Of a stretch of 64,000 bases of DNA, positions 12,440-26,119 are shown in pieces. Each line of letters opens with the position of its first letter. Positions within the stretch are counted from its first letter, which is position 1. A program made the position numbers and the translations under genes. The notes beneath the pieces are model-generated. The model did not search any database and was not told the DNA's origin. It worked only from the letters and a program-made list of their open reading frames with translations. The stretch comes from Octopus vulgaris (lineage: Eukaryota): assembly GCA_951406725.2 (NCBI GenBank), contig OX597837.1, forward strand, positions 10,354,001 through 10,418,000. Reading direction: 5' to 3'.

Positions 12440-13120
12440 GTTCAAATTCCGCTGTCATCGACGTTCCCCGTTCAACGCTTCGGGGTCTATAAAAAAGGCT
12501 AAAAGTACCAAGTGAATACTAGGGCCCATGTAATCGACTGCCCATCCTCACCCCAAATTCCAGGCCTCGTACCTATACAGGGAAAATTATTATTATTGTG
12601 ATTGTATTAAGGCGACACGCTGGCAGAATCGTTCTGAGTTCAAATTCCGCCGAGGTCGACTTTGCCTTTCATCCTTTCGGGGTCGATAAATTAAGTACCA
12701 GTTACGCACTGGGTCCGATGTAATCGACTTAATACCCATGTCTGTCCTTGTTTGTCCCCTCCATGTTTAGCCCCTTGTGGGTAATAAAGAAATAGGTATT
12801 TCGCCTGACGCTACGTTCTGAGTTCAAATGCCGGCCAGGTCGAAATTACGTTTCATCATTTCGGAGTCGATGTAATCGACTACCCCGCCCCACCCAAATT
12901 GCTGCCCTTGTGGCAAAATTTGAAAGCATTACTATTGTGATTATGTATAAGCCGACAAGCTGGCAGAAACGTTAGAACGCCGGACAGTTCTGTGGCATTT
13001 CGTTTACATCGTTACGTTGCAAGTTCGAATTTCGCCGAGGTCGACTTTGTCGTTCATCGTCTAGAGGCCGATGAAATAAGTACCAGTTAAGTACTGGGGT
13101 CAATTGTATTGATTTACCCC
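12440..13120 (+). mobile_element. Cluster of SINE family B copies (Deu/Nin-like core), including a head-to-tail dimer at about 12610-12930
   Basis: GCCTTTCATCCTTTCGGGGTCGATAAATTAAGTACCAG resembles the Deu/Nin SINE central domain; tail AGCCCCTTGTGGGTAATAAAGAAATA. Confidence 0.85.
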
Positions 13121-13307
13121 CCTCCACACACACACACAAACACACGATAGGCTTCTTTCAGTTTCCGTCATTTAAATCCGTTCACAAGGCTTTGGTCGGC
13201 CCGAGATAAAGTAGAAGACACTAGGTCAACGTGTCACGCAGTGGGAGTGAACCCGGAACCATACGGTTGGGAAGCACACTTCGTACCATAGAAACACTCC
13301 CTTTCTC

Positions 13308-13367
<60 letters not shown>

Positions 13368-13581
13368 CCCAACCGTATGGTTCCGGGTTCAGTCCTACTG
13401 CGTGACACGTTGACCTAGTGTCTTCTACTTTATCTCGGGCCGACGAAGGCCTTGCGAGCGGATTTAATAGACGGAAACTGAAAGAAGCCTATCGTGTGTG
13501 TGTGTGAAGGGAGGGTAAGTCAATAAAATTGACCCCAAGTACTTAACTGGTACTTATTTCATCGGCCCCTAGACGAAAACG
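13051..13581. repeat. Inverted duplication, arms about 13051-13271 and 13368-13581
   Basis: Arms are reverse complements, share private variants (CTAGGTCAACGTG) and span a SINE-B/SINE-A junction. Confidence 0.9.
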
Positions 13582-13639
13582 GGACGTTAAACGATGATGA
13601 TATATATATATGAATACATACATACACACACTTCCCAAC

Positions 13640-13861
13640 TGACGGTATGGCGCGGGCGGGCAACTGAAGATGGGTTACGACGATCAAGGAGGACCTCTCC
13701 GTGCTCACGGGACCGCAGGTGGTCGGCCTGCGCCGATGGAACCGTGGCTGGCTCGCTATCTCCATTGAACTGGCACAGGACCGTCGTGCGTGGGCTGCCA
13801 TGGTTCAAGATGCCTCGAGGGTGGTAGAAGAACCCGCCCAGGGTGAATGTTGCCACAAGTA
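13640..13861 (+). mobile_element. RTE-clade LINE 3' end, 5'-truncated and frameshifted
   Basis: Translates as RGGQLK...TIKEDLSVLTGPQVVGLRRWNRGWLAISIELAQDRRAWAAMVQDA, matching the RTE ORF C-terminal pattern RGGQ..W...KED....LAQDR..W. Confidence 0.75.
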
Positions 13862-13884
13862 TATATATACACACACACACATTT

Positions 13885-14175
13885 ACATGTTTCAGTCAAT
13901 AGACTGCGGCCACGCTGGGGCATCACCTTGAGAAACTTTTAGTCGGTTACTTTTTTTTTTTTCTTTAAGGCCTGGTACTTCTATCGGTCACTTGTGCTGA
14001 ACTGCTAAGGCACGGGGAAGTGAGCACCAGTTGTTAAGGAGTGGCGCGAACAAACACAAATCCACTCACAGGGCTTTGTTTGTCTCGAGGTTAGAGAAGA
14101 TGCTTGCTCAAGGTGGCACGCATTGGGATTGAACACGGAACTATGAGGTTGGGAAACAAGCTACTTACTACACCC
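13885..14175 (-). mobile_element. SINE family A, diverged
   Basis: Reverse-complement tail and head motifs. Confidence 0.65.
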
Positions 14176-14282
14176 ACACCCACATCAAACACCAACATCC
14201 ACCTAAGCAGCGGAAGTGGAACGTGGTTACTAAACTGTTTTATCAGTTTTAGATATCTATCTAAATCCGCATACACACCAAC

Positions 14283-14485
<203 letters not shown>

Positions 14486-14664
14486 TGTGTGTGTGTGTGT
14501 GTATATATATACATATATATATATGTACACATACACACATATATATATACACATATATATACACACACACACATATATATACACACACACACACACATAT
14601 ATACATATATATATAGGCACACATATACACACACACATATATTTACCCACATACACACACACAC

Positions 14665-14711
<47 letters not shown>

Positions 14712-15334
14712 ATTATACATGCAGAATCACGCGCGCACGTACATATCTGCATACCACGATAAATATAACTAATTTTGTCTCGTGATGAAATGCTGAGAGA
14801 GGTCGATGACCTGAGAGAGGCATCACCACCACCACCATAACCACCACTCCCACCACCATCATCATTGTTTAACGTCCAGTTTTCGATGCTCGCATGGGTC
14901 AGGCGGAACATGCCGAAACAGATTTTCTGCAACCGGATACCTCCTTCTTGTTTCCTAGCAACGCAACACCTCCCAATGGCCTGACATGTTTGCTTCCTGG
15001 AAAACTGAACACAACACCAGATCTACAGCAGCAATCAAGGCTCCGATGCAGCTATAGAGTGCCACCCGTATCTTATAGCAGAAACAACTGTAAGGTAATA
15101 TCGTTACATACCCCCACCCCGGGTGTCAACTCTTCGGTCTTATTACTTACTCTACACGCATCTAAAATCTTGTTCTGAAATATACTTATATTGAATTCTA
15201 CACCAGGTTAGTAGCCTAGCTATACCTAAACGAAAAACACACACAGGTAATTAGCAAGGGATTTCTCCACATGAATGCCACTTTGCTAAGAGTTAGGTAT
15301 TAAAAATTATCACTATTATTATTATTATTATTAG

Positions 15335-15530
15335 GCAGTGAGCTAGCAGAATTGTTAGCACGCCGGGCGAAATGCGTAGCCGTATTTCGTCTGCTGTTAT
15401 GTTCTGAGTTCAAATTCCGCCGAGGTCGACTTTGCCTTTCATCCTTTCTATCAAATACCAGTTACGCACTGGGCTCAATGTAAACAACTTAGTCCTTTGC
15501 CCCACATTTGAGGATTTGTGCTTCTAATAG
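15335..15530 (+). mobile_element. SINE family B
   Basis: GAGCTAGCAGAA...GTTCAAATTCCGCCGAGGTCGAC head and core. Confidence 0.8.
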
Positions 15531-15541
15531 AAACGATATAT

Positions 15542-15905
<364 letters not shown>

Positions 15906-16637
15906 AAATGAATATATATATAAATACGTTAGGTATTCTAATTGTTGATGTCGTTCCCAATACGGGCAAAGATGTAGGGATGTAATTCTGTCCTAATTAA
16001 ATTGAACTTGATATTCGAGGCTCCGATGAAAAGGTGTGTGTGTGTGTATGTGTGCTTGTGTATATGTTAGTTCCTCACCACACCATCGCTTGGCAACCAT
16101 GTGCTTCCATCTATGTCGGTTGCCGATCAGCTGGCCTACGGAGGGCGTAAAAAAAAAACCAACACCAAAAGACTAACTTCCCGACACATTTGGGTCAGTT
16201 ACCACTGATGGTTAAAGCCTTTCCTATAAAAGGAAGCGACCTTGGGCTATACTTCTACGTCAGCAGAAACAGAATATTTATATATTCGTATGGTGATTAA
16301 GAAGCTTACCACGTGGCTTCGGGTTTAACCCCGCTGCGCAGCAACGGCCCTTGTGGATTTAGAAAAGGGAAAACCACAAGCCCCTCGACCAATTCTATAA
16401 AAACGCGCACGGTACCTAATATGCCATTATTTATAGCGTTATTCTACTTTCAGACTGGCAGCTCATTCCTCAGGAATTGGTGAAAAGGATGTCACTCCTG
16501 ATGAGGACCCACTAAGGTTCAAAATCCGATTGAAGCCTGTTCATCAGGGGCCGCTTGGCCTGATGGTTAGAACACTCAGCTGGCATTTGAGGGATACAGA
16601 TTGGATTCCCGTAAACGCCATCTGGCAACTTTTTTAT

Positions 16638-16799
16638 AGGCGCAGGGGGTGGCTGTGTGGTAAGAAGCCTGCTTCTCGACCACATGGTTCCGAGTTCAGT
16701 CCCACTGCGTGACATCTTGGGCAAATGTCTTCTACTAGAGCCTCGGGCCGACCAAAGCCTCATGAATGGATTTGGTAGACGGAAACTGAAAGAAACCTG

Positions 16800-16870
<71 letters not shown>

Positions 16871-17113
16871 CGTGCGTGCACGCGTATGTGTGTTCCTTTG
16901 TCTCTTTTGCACACACACACCACCACCACTTGATAACTGGTGTTGGTGTGTTTACGTCCCGCAACCTATCGGTTCCGAAGAAAGAGTAATTGAGCAAGTG
17001 CCATGCTTAAGGAAAATAAAATAATAATAAGTGGATAGATTCGACTAAAATTTCAAGACGGTGCTCCAGCACGGCCGCAGTCAAATGACTGAAACAAGAA
17101 GAAGATAAAAGAA
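16638..17113 (+). mobile_element. SINE family A, full length with expanded (TG)n linker
   Basis: Family motifs. Confidence 0.85.
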
Positions 17114-17183
17114 AGCATCATTTTTACAATCTGCGGAGAAATAATTAAATTAAATTAACCACGTTTGCGTCTCTACAACGTAG

Positions 17184-17247
<64 letters not shown>

Positions 17248-17545
17248 AATCCGTGCCCTGATGTCAAGTTGAACCGGAAAACACGTAACTCCAAAGCGAG
17301 CTTCTAGACCACACACATATTTATATAAAGGGGTCCTTGCTGTCGCAGTTGCTTAGCCCTAGGCCCACCCACTTCGAGAAGGCTATCGCCCACCCACACA
17401 CGCCAGACGTGATCATGCTGGTTTTGACGAGGGCTTAGTCCTTGAATATATTGTTGTGTTCCTTCCCCGTACAGTAAATATTCTTGTTTTTTACTGACCC
17501 CTGTCGAGGATACTAGCGCTAACTAGACCCCACCCTATATATCGT

Positions 17546-17832
17546 GGCACTCAATCGGTTGCGACGACGAGGGTTTCAGTTGGTCCGATTAACGGAACTG
17601 TCTGCTCGCAAAATTAACGTGCAAGTGGCTGAGTACTCCACATCCACGTGAACCCCTTAACGTAGTTCTCGGGGAGATTCAGCGTGACACAAAGTGTGAC
17701 AAGGCTGGCCCTTTTTTGAAATACAGGTACAACAGTAACGGGAAGAAAGATTGAGAGAAAATTGTGGTGAAAGAGTATAGCAGGGTTCGCCACCCAACCC
17801 CGCTGCCGGAGCCACGTGGGGCCATTGCGCCC
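17546..17832 (-). mobile_element. Chimeric fragment: SINE family C 3' part (17546-17730) joined to family D sequence (17740-17832)
   Basis: Aligns by eye to 28411-28580 and to 41583-41765. Confidence 0.65.
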
Positions 17833-17867
17833 CCACTATGGGGTGCATGTTTATTTTCACATACACA

Positions 17868-17929
<62 letters not shown>

Positions 17930-17970
17930 AATGGGGGGGGGGTTAGAAATGCTGCAAAGTCAACATAATG

Positions 17971-18152
17971 GGCACAGGAGTGGCTCTGTGGTAAGTTGCT
18001 TGCTTACCAGCCACATGCTCCCGGGTTCAGTCCCACTTCGTGGCACCTTGGGCAAGTGTGGTCTGCTACAGCCTCGGGCCGACCAAAGCTTTGTGAGTGG
18101 ATTTGGTAAACAGAAACTGAGAGAAGCCTGCCGCATGTACTTATATACACAA

Positions 18153-18199
<47 letters not shown>

Positions 18200-18395
18200 T
18201 ATATGCATGCGTGTTTGTGTGTCCCCACCCACCATCGCTTGACAACCGATATTGGTGTGTTTACGTCCTCGTAATTAAGCGCTTCGGCAAAAGAGACCGA
18301 TGAAATACTATGCTTACAAAGAATAATTTGTTCGATTGAAGTCGGTGCTCCAGCATGGCCGCACTCCAATGACAAACAAGTGAAGAATGAAAAAT
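17971..18395 (+). mobile_element. SINE family A, near full length
   Basis: Family motifs. Confidence 0.85.
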
Positions 18396-18483
18396 GAAGA
18401 ATAGTAAAAAGAGAAAGAACAGAAAAATATAGAGAGGAGGCGGGCGAGTGTGCTATGAATTGGGGAGGAGAGAGAGGGGGGAT

Positions 18484-18518
<35 letters not shown>

Positions 18519-18776
18519 GGTCTGAAATAGAAAACTATTAAAGTTAGACAGTAACGGAGAGAAAGGAAAGAGAAAAAATGGCGCACACACACACACACAC
18601 ACACATATATACATACACATATATATAAACACATATACATATATACACACATATACATATACACACATATACATATATACACACACACACATATATATAT
18701 GTATATACATATACACACACACACATATACATACATATACACACACACACATATACATACATATATACACACACAC

Positions 18777-18827
<51 letters not shown>

Positions 18828-18951
18828 CACATATACATAGATATATATATATATAAATAGATATACATATATACATAGATATATACATATATATAAATAG
18901 ATATATATATATATACATATATATATACATATATATGTGTGCGCGCGCATG

Positions 18952-18984
<33 letters not shown>

Positions 18985-19481
18985 AGATAATGCAGGTAGC
19001 CTTCCTGTCGGCACCAACAAAGTAATGGGAGCAGCTTGGTGCAGGTGACAACATACAGTCTTAATGGGCTAGAAACCCCGATGGAGGCAAAACATCTGGC
19101 ATGAAGTTTTATACAAACGCGCGTGCGTGCATGCGTGTATGCACGTGTGTTTACGCGCATGCGTATAGTACGTATATCTGTTTTTTCTTGTTGCATGTCA
19201 AACTACAAGATGCATGTTTTGTGAGGAGATTTTAATATCGGACACCCTGCAGCCCCCAAAAATGAGACTTGTCGAAAGTCGGTGGAGCTCAAAGGGTAGA
19301 CAAGGGTTATCAAAAAATATATACATACGCAGGCAAAATATTCTATATCTAGTGACATGTTGGCATTTCACTCAATTGAGGGCAATGAAGAAATAGGTAA
19401 TTTTTCACTCTACAAATTCTAAGATGGTATCGACAAGCCAATGGTTAAAAAAATACAAAAAATATATAAATAATAATAATA

Positions 19482-19522
<41 letters not shown>

Positions 19523-20046
19523 AATAATAATAATAATAATAAAAGAACAGATGGCAACGTACCGCCATGCTGTGTTAAAACCTATGCAAACATATGGCCT
19601 GAGGTTTTATGCAGTCGAGACTTATACCTAATTAAAAATGCGTTGCCAGGGGTCCGGAGATCCCTTTAAGTATTTTCGCAACGTCCTACATTTGCATACA
19701 AGCTCGGTTATCCTTGACATCTGGTATGTAGCATTCGAACGAGATAATGAGTGATGTGTGCGTAGCAATCCCTCAATATTAAATAGAAGAAAAAATAATA
19801 AACAAGTCGTGCTGGTGCGGCAACTGCTTAGACCATCGTTAAATTTGAATTACGAAGCTATACTTATATATGGGGGGTGGAGGTGCAGGAAAAGACAGAA
19901 AGGGAGTGGTTTTGTATACCAGTCGAAAGTAAGAGGAAGATAAAGAGGGGGGAGAAAAATAAAAAATAATTAGTGAAAAGATGTGAAGGTGGAGAGCCCA
20001 AAAGATTGGGGGGAGGTCATGAGAGGGAAGGAAAAGGGGGAGCAAC

Positions 20047-21581
20047 AGTCTCCCCCTCTTGATTTGTCTGCTTATCTATTCACTATATGTATATCCCCCC
20101 CCCCTCTCTTATTTTTTGCAAATTTCTTTCGATTTTCTCCCTATGTCACTTCTCTTACACTATCGCTCTCTATTATCGACCCCCCCCCCGAGGGGTCGCG
20201 AGAGATGATAGAGGGCAAAGAGAGGGGGCAGTGAAGAGGCAAGCGGACAGGGGAGAGGAGAGGAGAGAAAGAAAAAGAGAGGAGGAGAGAAGGAAAGAGA
20301 GGAGAAGGGAATAGAGAGGAGGAGAGGACGAGAGAAGGAAGAGGAGAGGAGGAGAGAAGGAAAAAGAGAGGAGGAGAGAAGGAAAAAGAGAGGAGAGAAG
20401 TTTAAAAGAATTTGGTGGAGGCGGGCGTGATTGAAAGGATGAAGAGGAGGAGGGGAAAACGAAGGAGATGTGATGAGAGAGGGGGAGAAGAGGGAAGTCT
20501 GAGATAGGTGTGGAGACAAAGGGGGACGGAAAGAGGAAACGATTGTGAGAGAGAAGTGGAGAAACGAGGGGGGAGGGGAAGGGGTAAGTGCGAAGGGTGG
20601 AGGAGTGGGAGGGTGGAATGAAAGAAGAGGAGAAGGTAGAGAAGATAAAAACGTACAAGAGACGTCTAAGAGAGAGAGGTACGGTGGGAAGTGAGATGTG
20701 CGTATAAGAGGGAGAGAGGAGAGATGCGGGGAAAGAGAGGAGAAAAAAGTGGAGATAAGAATGAGTGAGAGGGAGAGAGTGGCTGCAAGGGGAATAAGAG
20801 AGAATACAGAGACAGTGGGGGATGGTGAGAGTGAGAGAGAGAGAGAGTGAGCGAGAGAGAGAGTGGGAGAGAGAGAGAGTGTGTGTAAGAGAGCACAAAA
20901 TGACAGGAGAGATAAAGACAAAAGACTAGAGAGAATGATGAAGACGGGGAATAAAGAGTGACAATGGTTAAGAGAGGAGAACATATTAGAAAGGAGAGAG
21001 AGACGCAAAAAGGGGGAAGAGAAAGGGGGAGATACCGAGGAGAAGGAAGATGAGTAGCAAGAGAAGAGAGAAAACGAGTGACTAGAAAATAGAAAAGAAA
21101 GGGGAGTTGAGGTTAGAGTGGAGAAGGCAACAGGGGGGAGAGAGTGAGAGAGAAAAGAGGGGTGGAAGGTTTATAGAAAAGAGTAGGTATGGCTGTATGG
21201 TAAGAAGTTTGCTTTCAAACTACATGGTCCCTAGTTCGGTCCCAGTGCGTGGAACAGTGAGTAAAGTGTATATTTCTTATATAGCATCGGGCTGTGTCTA
21301 AAGCCCTGTGGAGTGAATTTGGTAGACGGAAACTGAGAGAAGCCCGTCATATGTATGTGGGTATGTGTGTATAGTTAGATAAACAGTACCACCGCTTGAG
21401 AGCCGGTGTTGGTTCGTTTGCGTCTCCCGTAACTTAGCGGCTCGACAAGGAGAAACCGGTAGAACAAGAGTTGGGGCTTAAAAACAAACAGGGTCAATCC
21501 GTCCGACTAAAATTCTTTGACACAGTGACCCCAGCGTGGCCGCAGTTTTATGACTGGAAGAAGTACAAAAGATAAAAATGT

Positions 21582-21621
<40 letters not shown>

Positions 21622-21966
21622 GATGATAGAGAGAAGCAAGGAACAACAGAAAGTAAGAGAGAGATAGAGAGAGAGGGTGGAAGAGAGAGTATAGAAATAT
21701 GCGGAGAGAATAACAAAGTAAACAGAGAGAAGTAAAGAAAACGAGAGAGGGAGAAAGGAGAGAGACAGTGGAGGTGAAAGGTGAACGGTAGGAGTAGAGT
21801 GAAGGAGAGGGGGAAATAGAGGAAGAAGAGGAGGAGAGGTAGAGGGCAGGAAAAGAAAATTGGAGACGGAGGAGGAAGTAGGGGTGAGGGAAGAAAAGAA
21901 AAAGGAATTAGAGAGGAAGAGATTTTTGAAGAATAAGAGAGAGCAAAAGAGAGATGTATGGAACAC

Positions 21967-21998
<32 letters not shown>

Positions 21999-23536
21999 AG
22001 AGTCTCCCCCTCTTGATTTGTCCGCTTATCTATTCACTATATGTATATCCCCCCCCCTCTCTTATTTTTTGCAAATTTCTTTCGATTTTCTCCCTATGTC
22101 ACTTCTCTTACACTATCGCTCTCTATTATCGACCCCTCCCCCCGAGGGGTCGCGAGAGATGATAGAGGGCAAAGAGAGGGGGCAGTGAAGAGGCAAGCGG
22201 ACAGGGGAGAGGAGAGGAGAGAAAGAAAAAGAGAGGAGGAGAGAAGGAAAGAGAGGAGAAGGGAATAGAGAGGAGGAGAGGACGAGAGAAGGAAGAGGAG
22301 AGGAGGAGAGAAGGAAAAAGAGAGGAGGAGAGAAGGAAAAAGAGAGGAGAGAAGTTTAAAAGAATTTGGTGGAGGCGGGCGTGATTGAAAGGATGAAGAG
22401 GAGGAGGGGAAAACGAAGGAGATGTGATGAGAGAGGGGGAGAAGAGGGAAGTCTGAGATAGGTGTGGAGACAAAGGGGGACGGAAAGAGGAAACGATTGT
22501 GAGAGAGAAGTGGAGAAACGAGGGGGGAGGGGAAGGGGTAAGTGCGAAGGGTGGAGGAGTGGGAGGGTGGAATGAAAGAAGAGGAGAAGGTAGAGAAGAT
22601 AAAAACGTACAAGAGACGTCTAAGAGAGAGAGGTACGGTGGGAAGTGAGATGTGCGTATAAGAGGGAGAGAGGAGAGATGCGGGGAAAGAGAGGAGAAAA
22701 AAGTGGAGATAAGAATGAGTGAGAGGGAGAGAGTGGCTGCAAGGGGAATAAGAGAGAATACAGAGACAGTGGGGGATGGTGAGAGTGAGAGAGAGAGAGA
22801 GTGAGCGAAGAGAGAGAGTGGGAGAGAGAGAGAGTGTGTGTAAGAGAGCACAAAATGACAGGAGAGATAAAGACAAAAGACTAGAGAGAATGATGAAGAC
22901 GGGGAATAAAGAGTGACAATGGTTAAGAGAGGAGAACATATTAGAAAGGAGAGAGAGACGCAAAAAGGGGGAAGAGAAAGGGGGGAGATACCGAGGAGAA
23001 GGAAGATGAGTAGCAAGAGAAGAGAGAAAACGAGTGACTAGAAAATAGAAAAGAAAGGGGAGTTGAGGTTAGAGTGGAGAAGGCAACAGGGGGGAGAGAG
23101 TGAGAGAGAAAAGAGGGGTGGAAGGTTTATAGAAAAGAGTAGGTATGGCTGTATGGTAAGAAGTTTGCTTTCAAACTACATGGTCCCTAGTTCGGTCCCA
23201 GTGCGTGGAACAGTGAGTAAAGTGTATATTTCTTGTATAGCATCGGGCTGTGTCTAAAGCCCTGTGGAGTGAATTTGGTAGACGGAAACTGAGAGAAGCC
23301 CGTCATATGTATGTGGGTATGTGTGTGTAGTTAGATAAACAGTACCACCGCTTGAGAGCCGGTGTTGGTTCGTTTGCGTCTCCCGTAACTTAGCGGCTCG
23401 ACAAGGAGAAACCGGTAGAACAAGAGTTGGGGCTTAAAAACAAACAGGGTCAATCCGTCCGACTAAAATTCTTTGACACAGTGACCCCAGCGTGGCCGCA
23501 GTTTTATGACTGGAAGAAGTACAAAAGATAAAAATG

Positions 23537-23576
<40 letters not shown>

Positions 23577-23927
23577 GATGATAGAGAGAAGCAAGGAACA
23601 ACAGAAAGTAAGAGAGAGATAGAGAGAGAGGGTGGAAGAGAGAGTATAGAAATATGCGGAGAGAATAACAAAGTAAACAGAGAGAAGTAAAGAAAACGAG
23701 AGAGGGAGAAAGGAGAGAGACAGTGGAGGTGAAAGGTGAACGGTAGGAGTAGAGTGAAGGAGAGGGGGAAATAGAGGAAGAAGAGGAGGAGAGGTAGAGG
23801 GCAGAAAAGAAAATTGGAGACGGAGGAGGAAGTAGGGGTGAGGGAGAGGACAGAAAAGAAAAGAGGAGATGGAGAGAGGAAGACATTTTTGAAGAATAAG
23901 AGAGGGGCAAAAGAGAGATGTATGGAA

Positions 23928-23980
<53 letters not shown>
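20047..23980 (+). repeat. Direct tandem duplication of about 1.95 kb (20047-22000 and 22001-about 23980), polypurine GA-rich, each copy with a diverged SINE A (21181-21578; 23137-23534)
   Basis: Near-identical sequence at offset 1954-1956, also visible as duplicated ORFs 21107/23063 and 20087/22041. Confidence 0.95.
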
Positions 23981-23983
<3 letters not shown>

Positions 23984-24078
23984 TGAGAGACAGTAGAGGG
24001 TGACTGTGTGTTGAGAGTGAGAGAGCGAGAGAGAGAGAGAGCGAGAGAGAGAGAAGGGTGAGAAAGAACAGTGTGAAA

Positions 24079-24321
24079 CGGTGGTTCTCAACCATTTTTT
24101 TAAACTTGTGGATCCCTTTGATTTCAGCCCCTTATGGCCATTTGATGTTTACAAAAATCTTATTTTGATAATTAGATATCAGTTGGGAATTGTATTTTTA
24201 AAAAAAATTGCTAAAATATATATATATATTTTTTTTTTTGTCTGTTGTGGAAGTCTAAACAAATTATTATATTTAAATTTTAACAATGAAATTTTATGTG
24301 GAACCCGGTTGAGAGACATTG
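24079..24321. mobile_element. hAT-type MITE remnant
   Basis: Imperfect TIRs CGGTGGTTCTCAACC and GGTTGAGAGACATTG; related ends near 930-945, 48810-48825 and 54116-54349. Confidence 0.55.
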
Positions 24322-25068
24322 CTCTACATGGCCGGTGGGCGGGGAGATGACTTTGCTGGAAATAGATGCTAAACTTCCCTGCAAACTACAGCAGAAATAA
24401 GAAAGAGCAAAAGAGAAAGTGAAAGTAGATAGAGGAACAGAGGAAAAGAGAGAGAAGTAAAGAAATTGGGAGGGAGGGAGAAGTTAGAGCAAAAAGAAAG
24501 ATAGGATGGTAGAGAAAGAGTGGGAGAGAGATAGTGAAAAGAAGAGAGATGTGAGGAGAGAGAGAGAGAGAGAGAGAGAGAGTAAAGAATATGAAAGGGG
24601 AGACGGAGAGGAAAGAAAAGAAAGATAAAGAGAATGTACACACACACACAAAACAACAATGATGATGAAAATAACTAAAGATATTGCTTAAGCTGCTGCT
24701 GCTGCTGTTATTGGTGTTATTTAACCCCCGGTTAACTATGATCAAAGAGGACCCATAATCAAGATATTCTAGCCGTGACCATCGCGTCTTATAAAAACTA
24801 ATGCCAGGTCTACAAATAAAAAAAGGAACGACACAAACCCACATGTTCTTCCCTTTCAAAACTTAAGTTTGTAAAAAATGATATTTCAGGGAATTCCTGA
24901 CTGCTATTTCTAGCACTTTAACGACAAGGTAGAGACTTCCACGTTGCCTAGTTGTTGCTGTTTGTGGTGGGGTGGGGGTGGGGTGGGTGTGAGGTGGGGT
25001 GTTGTTAGTAAATACTAGTGCTGAAAAGACAAGGAAGGACACACGAGGTGAAACAGAGACACACTGAT

Positions 25069-25102
<34 letters not shown>

Positions 25103-25262
25103 TGTGTGGTGATCAATTTACCTCTACATAGCCTCAGTTGCTTTATGTTTATACATACACATACATACACACACACACACACACATATATGTGTGTGTGT
25201 TATGGCGGGGTGGGGTGATGTTCGGTGTTGTTAGTAAATACTAATACGTATATATGTATGTG

Positions 25263-25329
<67 letters not shown>

Positions 25330-26119
25330 ATACACACACACAAACGCACGCAGTATTCTCATGTGTCAAACAATATGTACACACACATACCAACATACAT
25401 ATGTGCATACACATATAAATAAGCACATATTCATACATACAGACATGCACATATATATATACACACACACACACATATATATATACACACACACACATAT
25501 ATATACACACACACACATATATATATATACACACACATATATATATACACACACACACACACATATATATACACACACATATATACACACATAAACAGAC
25601 ACACACACATATATATATACATACATACACACACATACATGTGTGGGGTATGAGGTATATTGAGGAAATACACACACACACACACATGTATACAAAAGAG
25701 AATGACAGAGAGGAACGCAAAAAGAAAGAGAAAAAGAAAAGAAAGCAACACACACACACACATACACACACCACATGCGCACATACATTGACTAAAGATT
25801 CATATAGAGAAAGAAAGGCATATATACACAAGAGAGAGTGAGAGGGGGAGAGAGGAAGAGAGAAAGTGAAAGTGAAAGAGAACGTCTTATGACTACACAA
25901 ATAGCCTCCATTTTCATTTGCCTGTTTGCCTGTCTGTCCGCCCGCCCGCCTGCCTGCCTGTCAGTCTTTCCGTCTGTCTGTCCGTCTGTGCGTCTGTCAG
26001 CCTGCCTGCGTGTCTGTCAGTCAGTGAACTTAGTACAAATGCACTAGACTGGAGTGCAACATCGATTATCGATTTCTTTCATAGTATTATTAGTAAAGCA
26101 AAAAGCAGCGCGCCATGTT

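Noticed and set aside
14782-14815. C/D box snoRNA motifs (GTGATGA ... CTGA)
   Set aside because: Boxes are too close together and no terminal stem is evident.
20160-24095. 200-296 aa Ser/Leu/Pro/Phe-rich ORFs
   Set aside because: Read-through of the polypyrimidine strand of GA-rich DNA.
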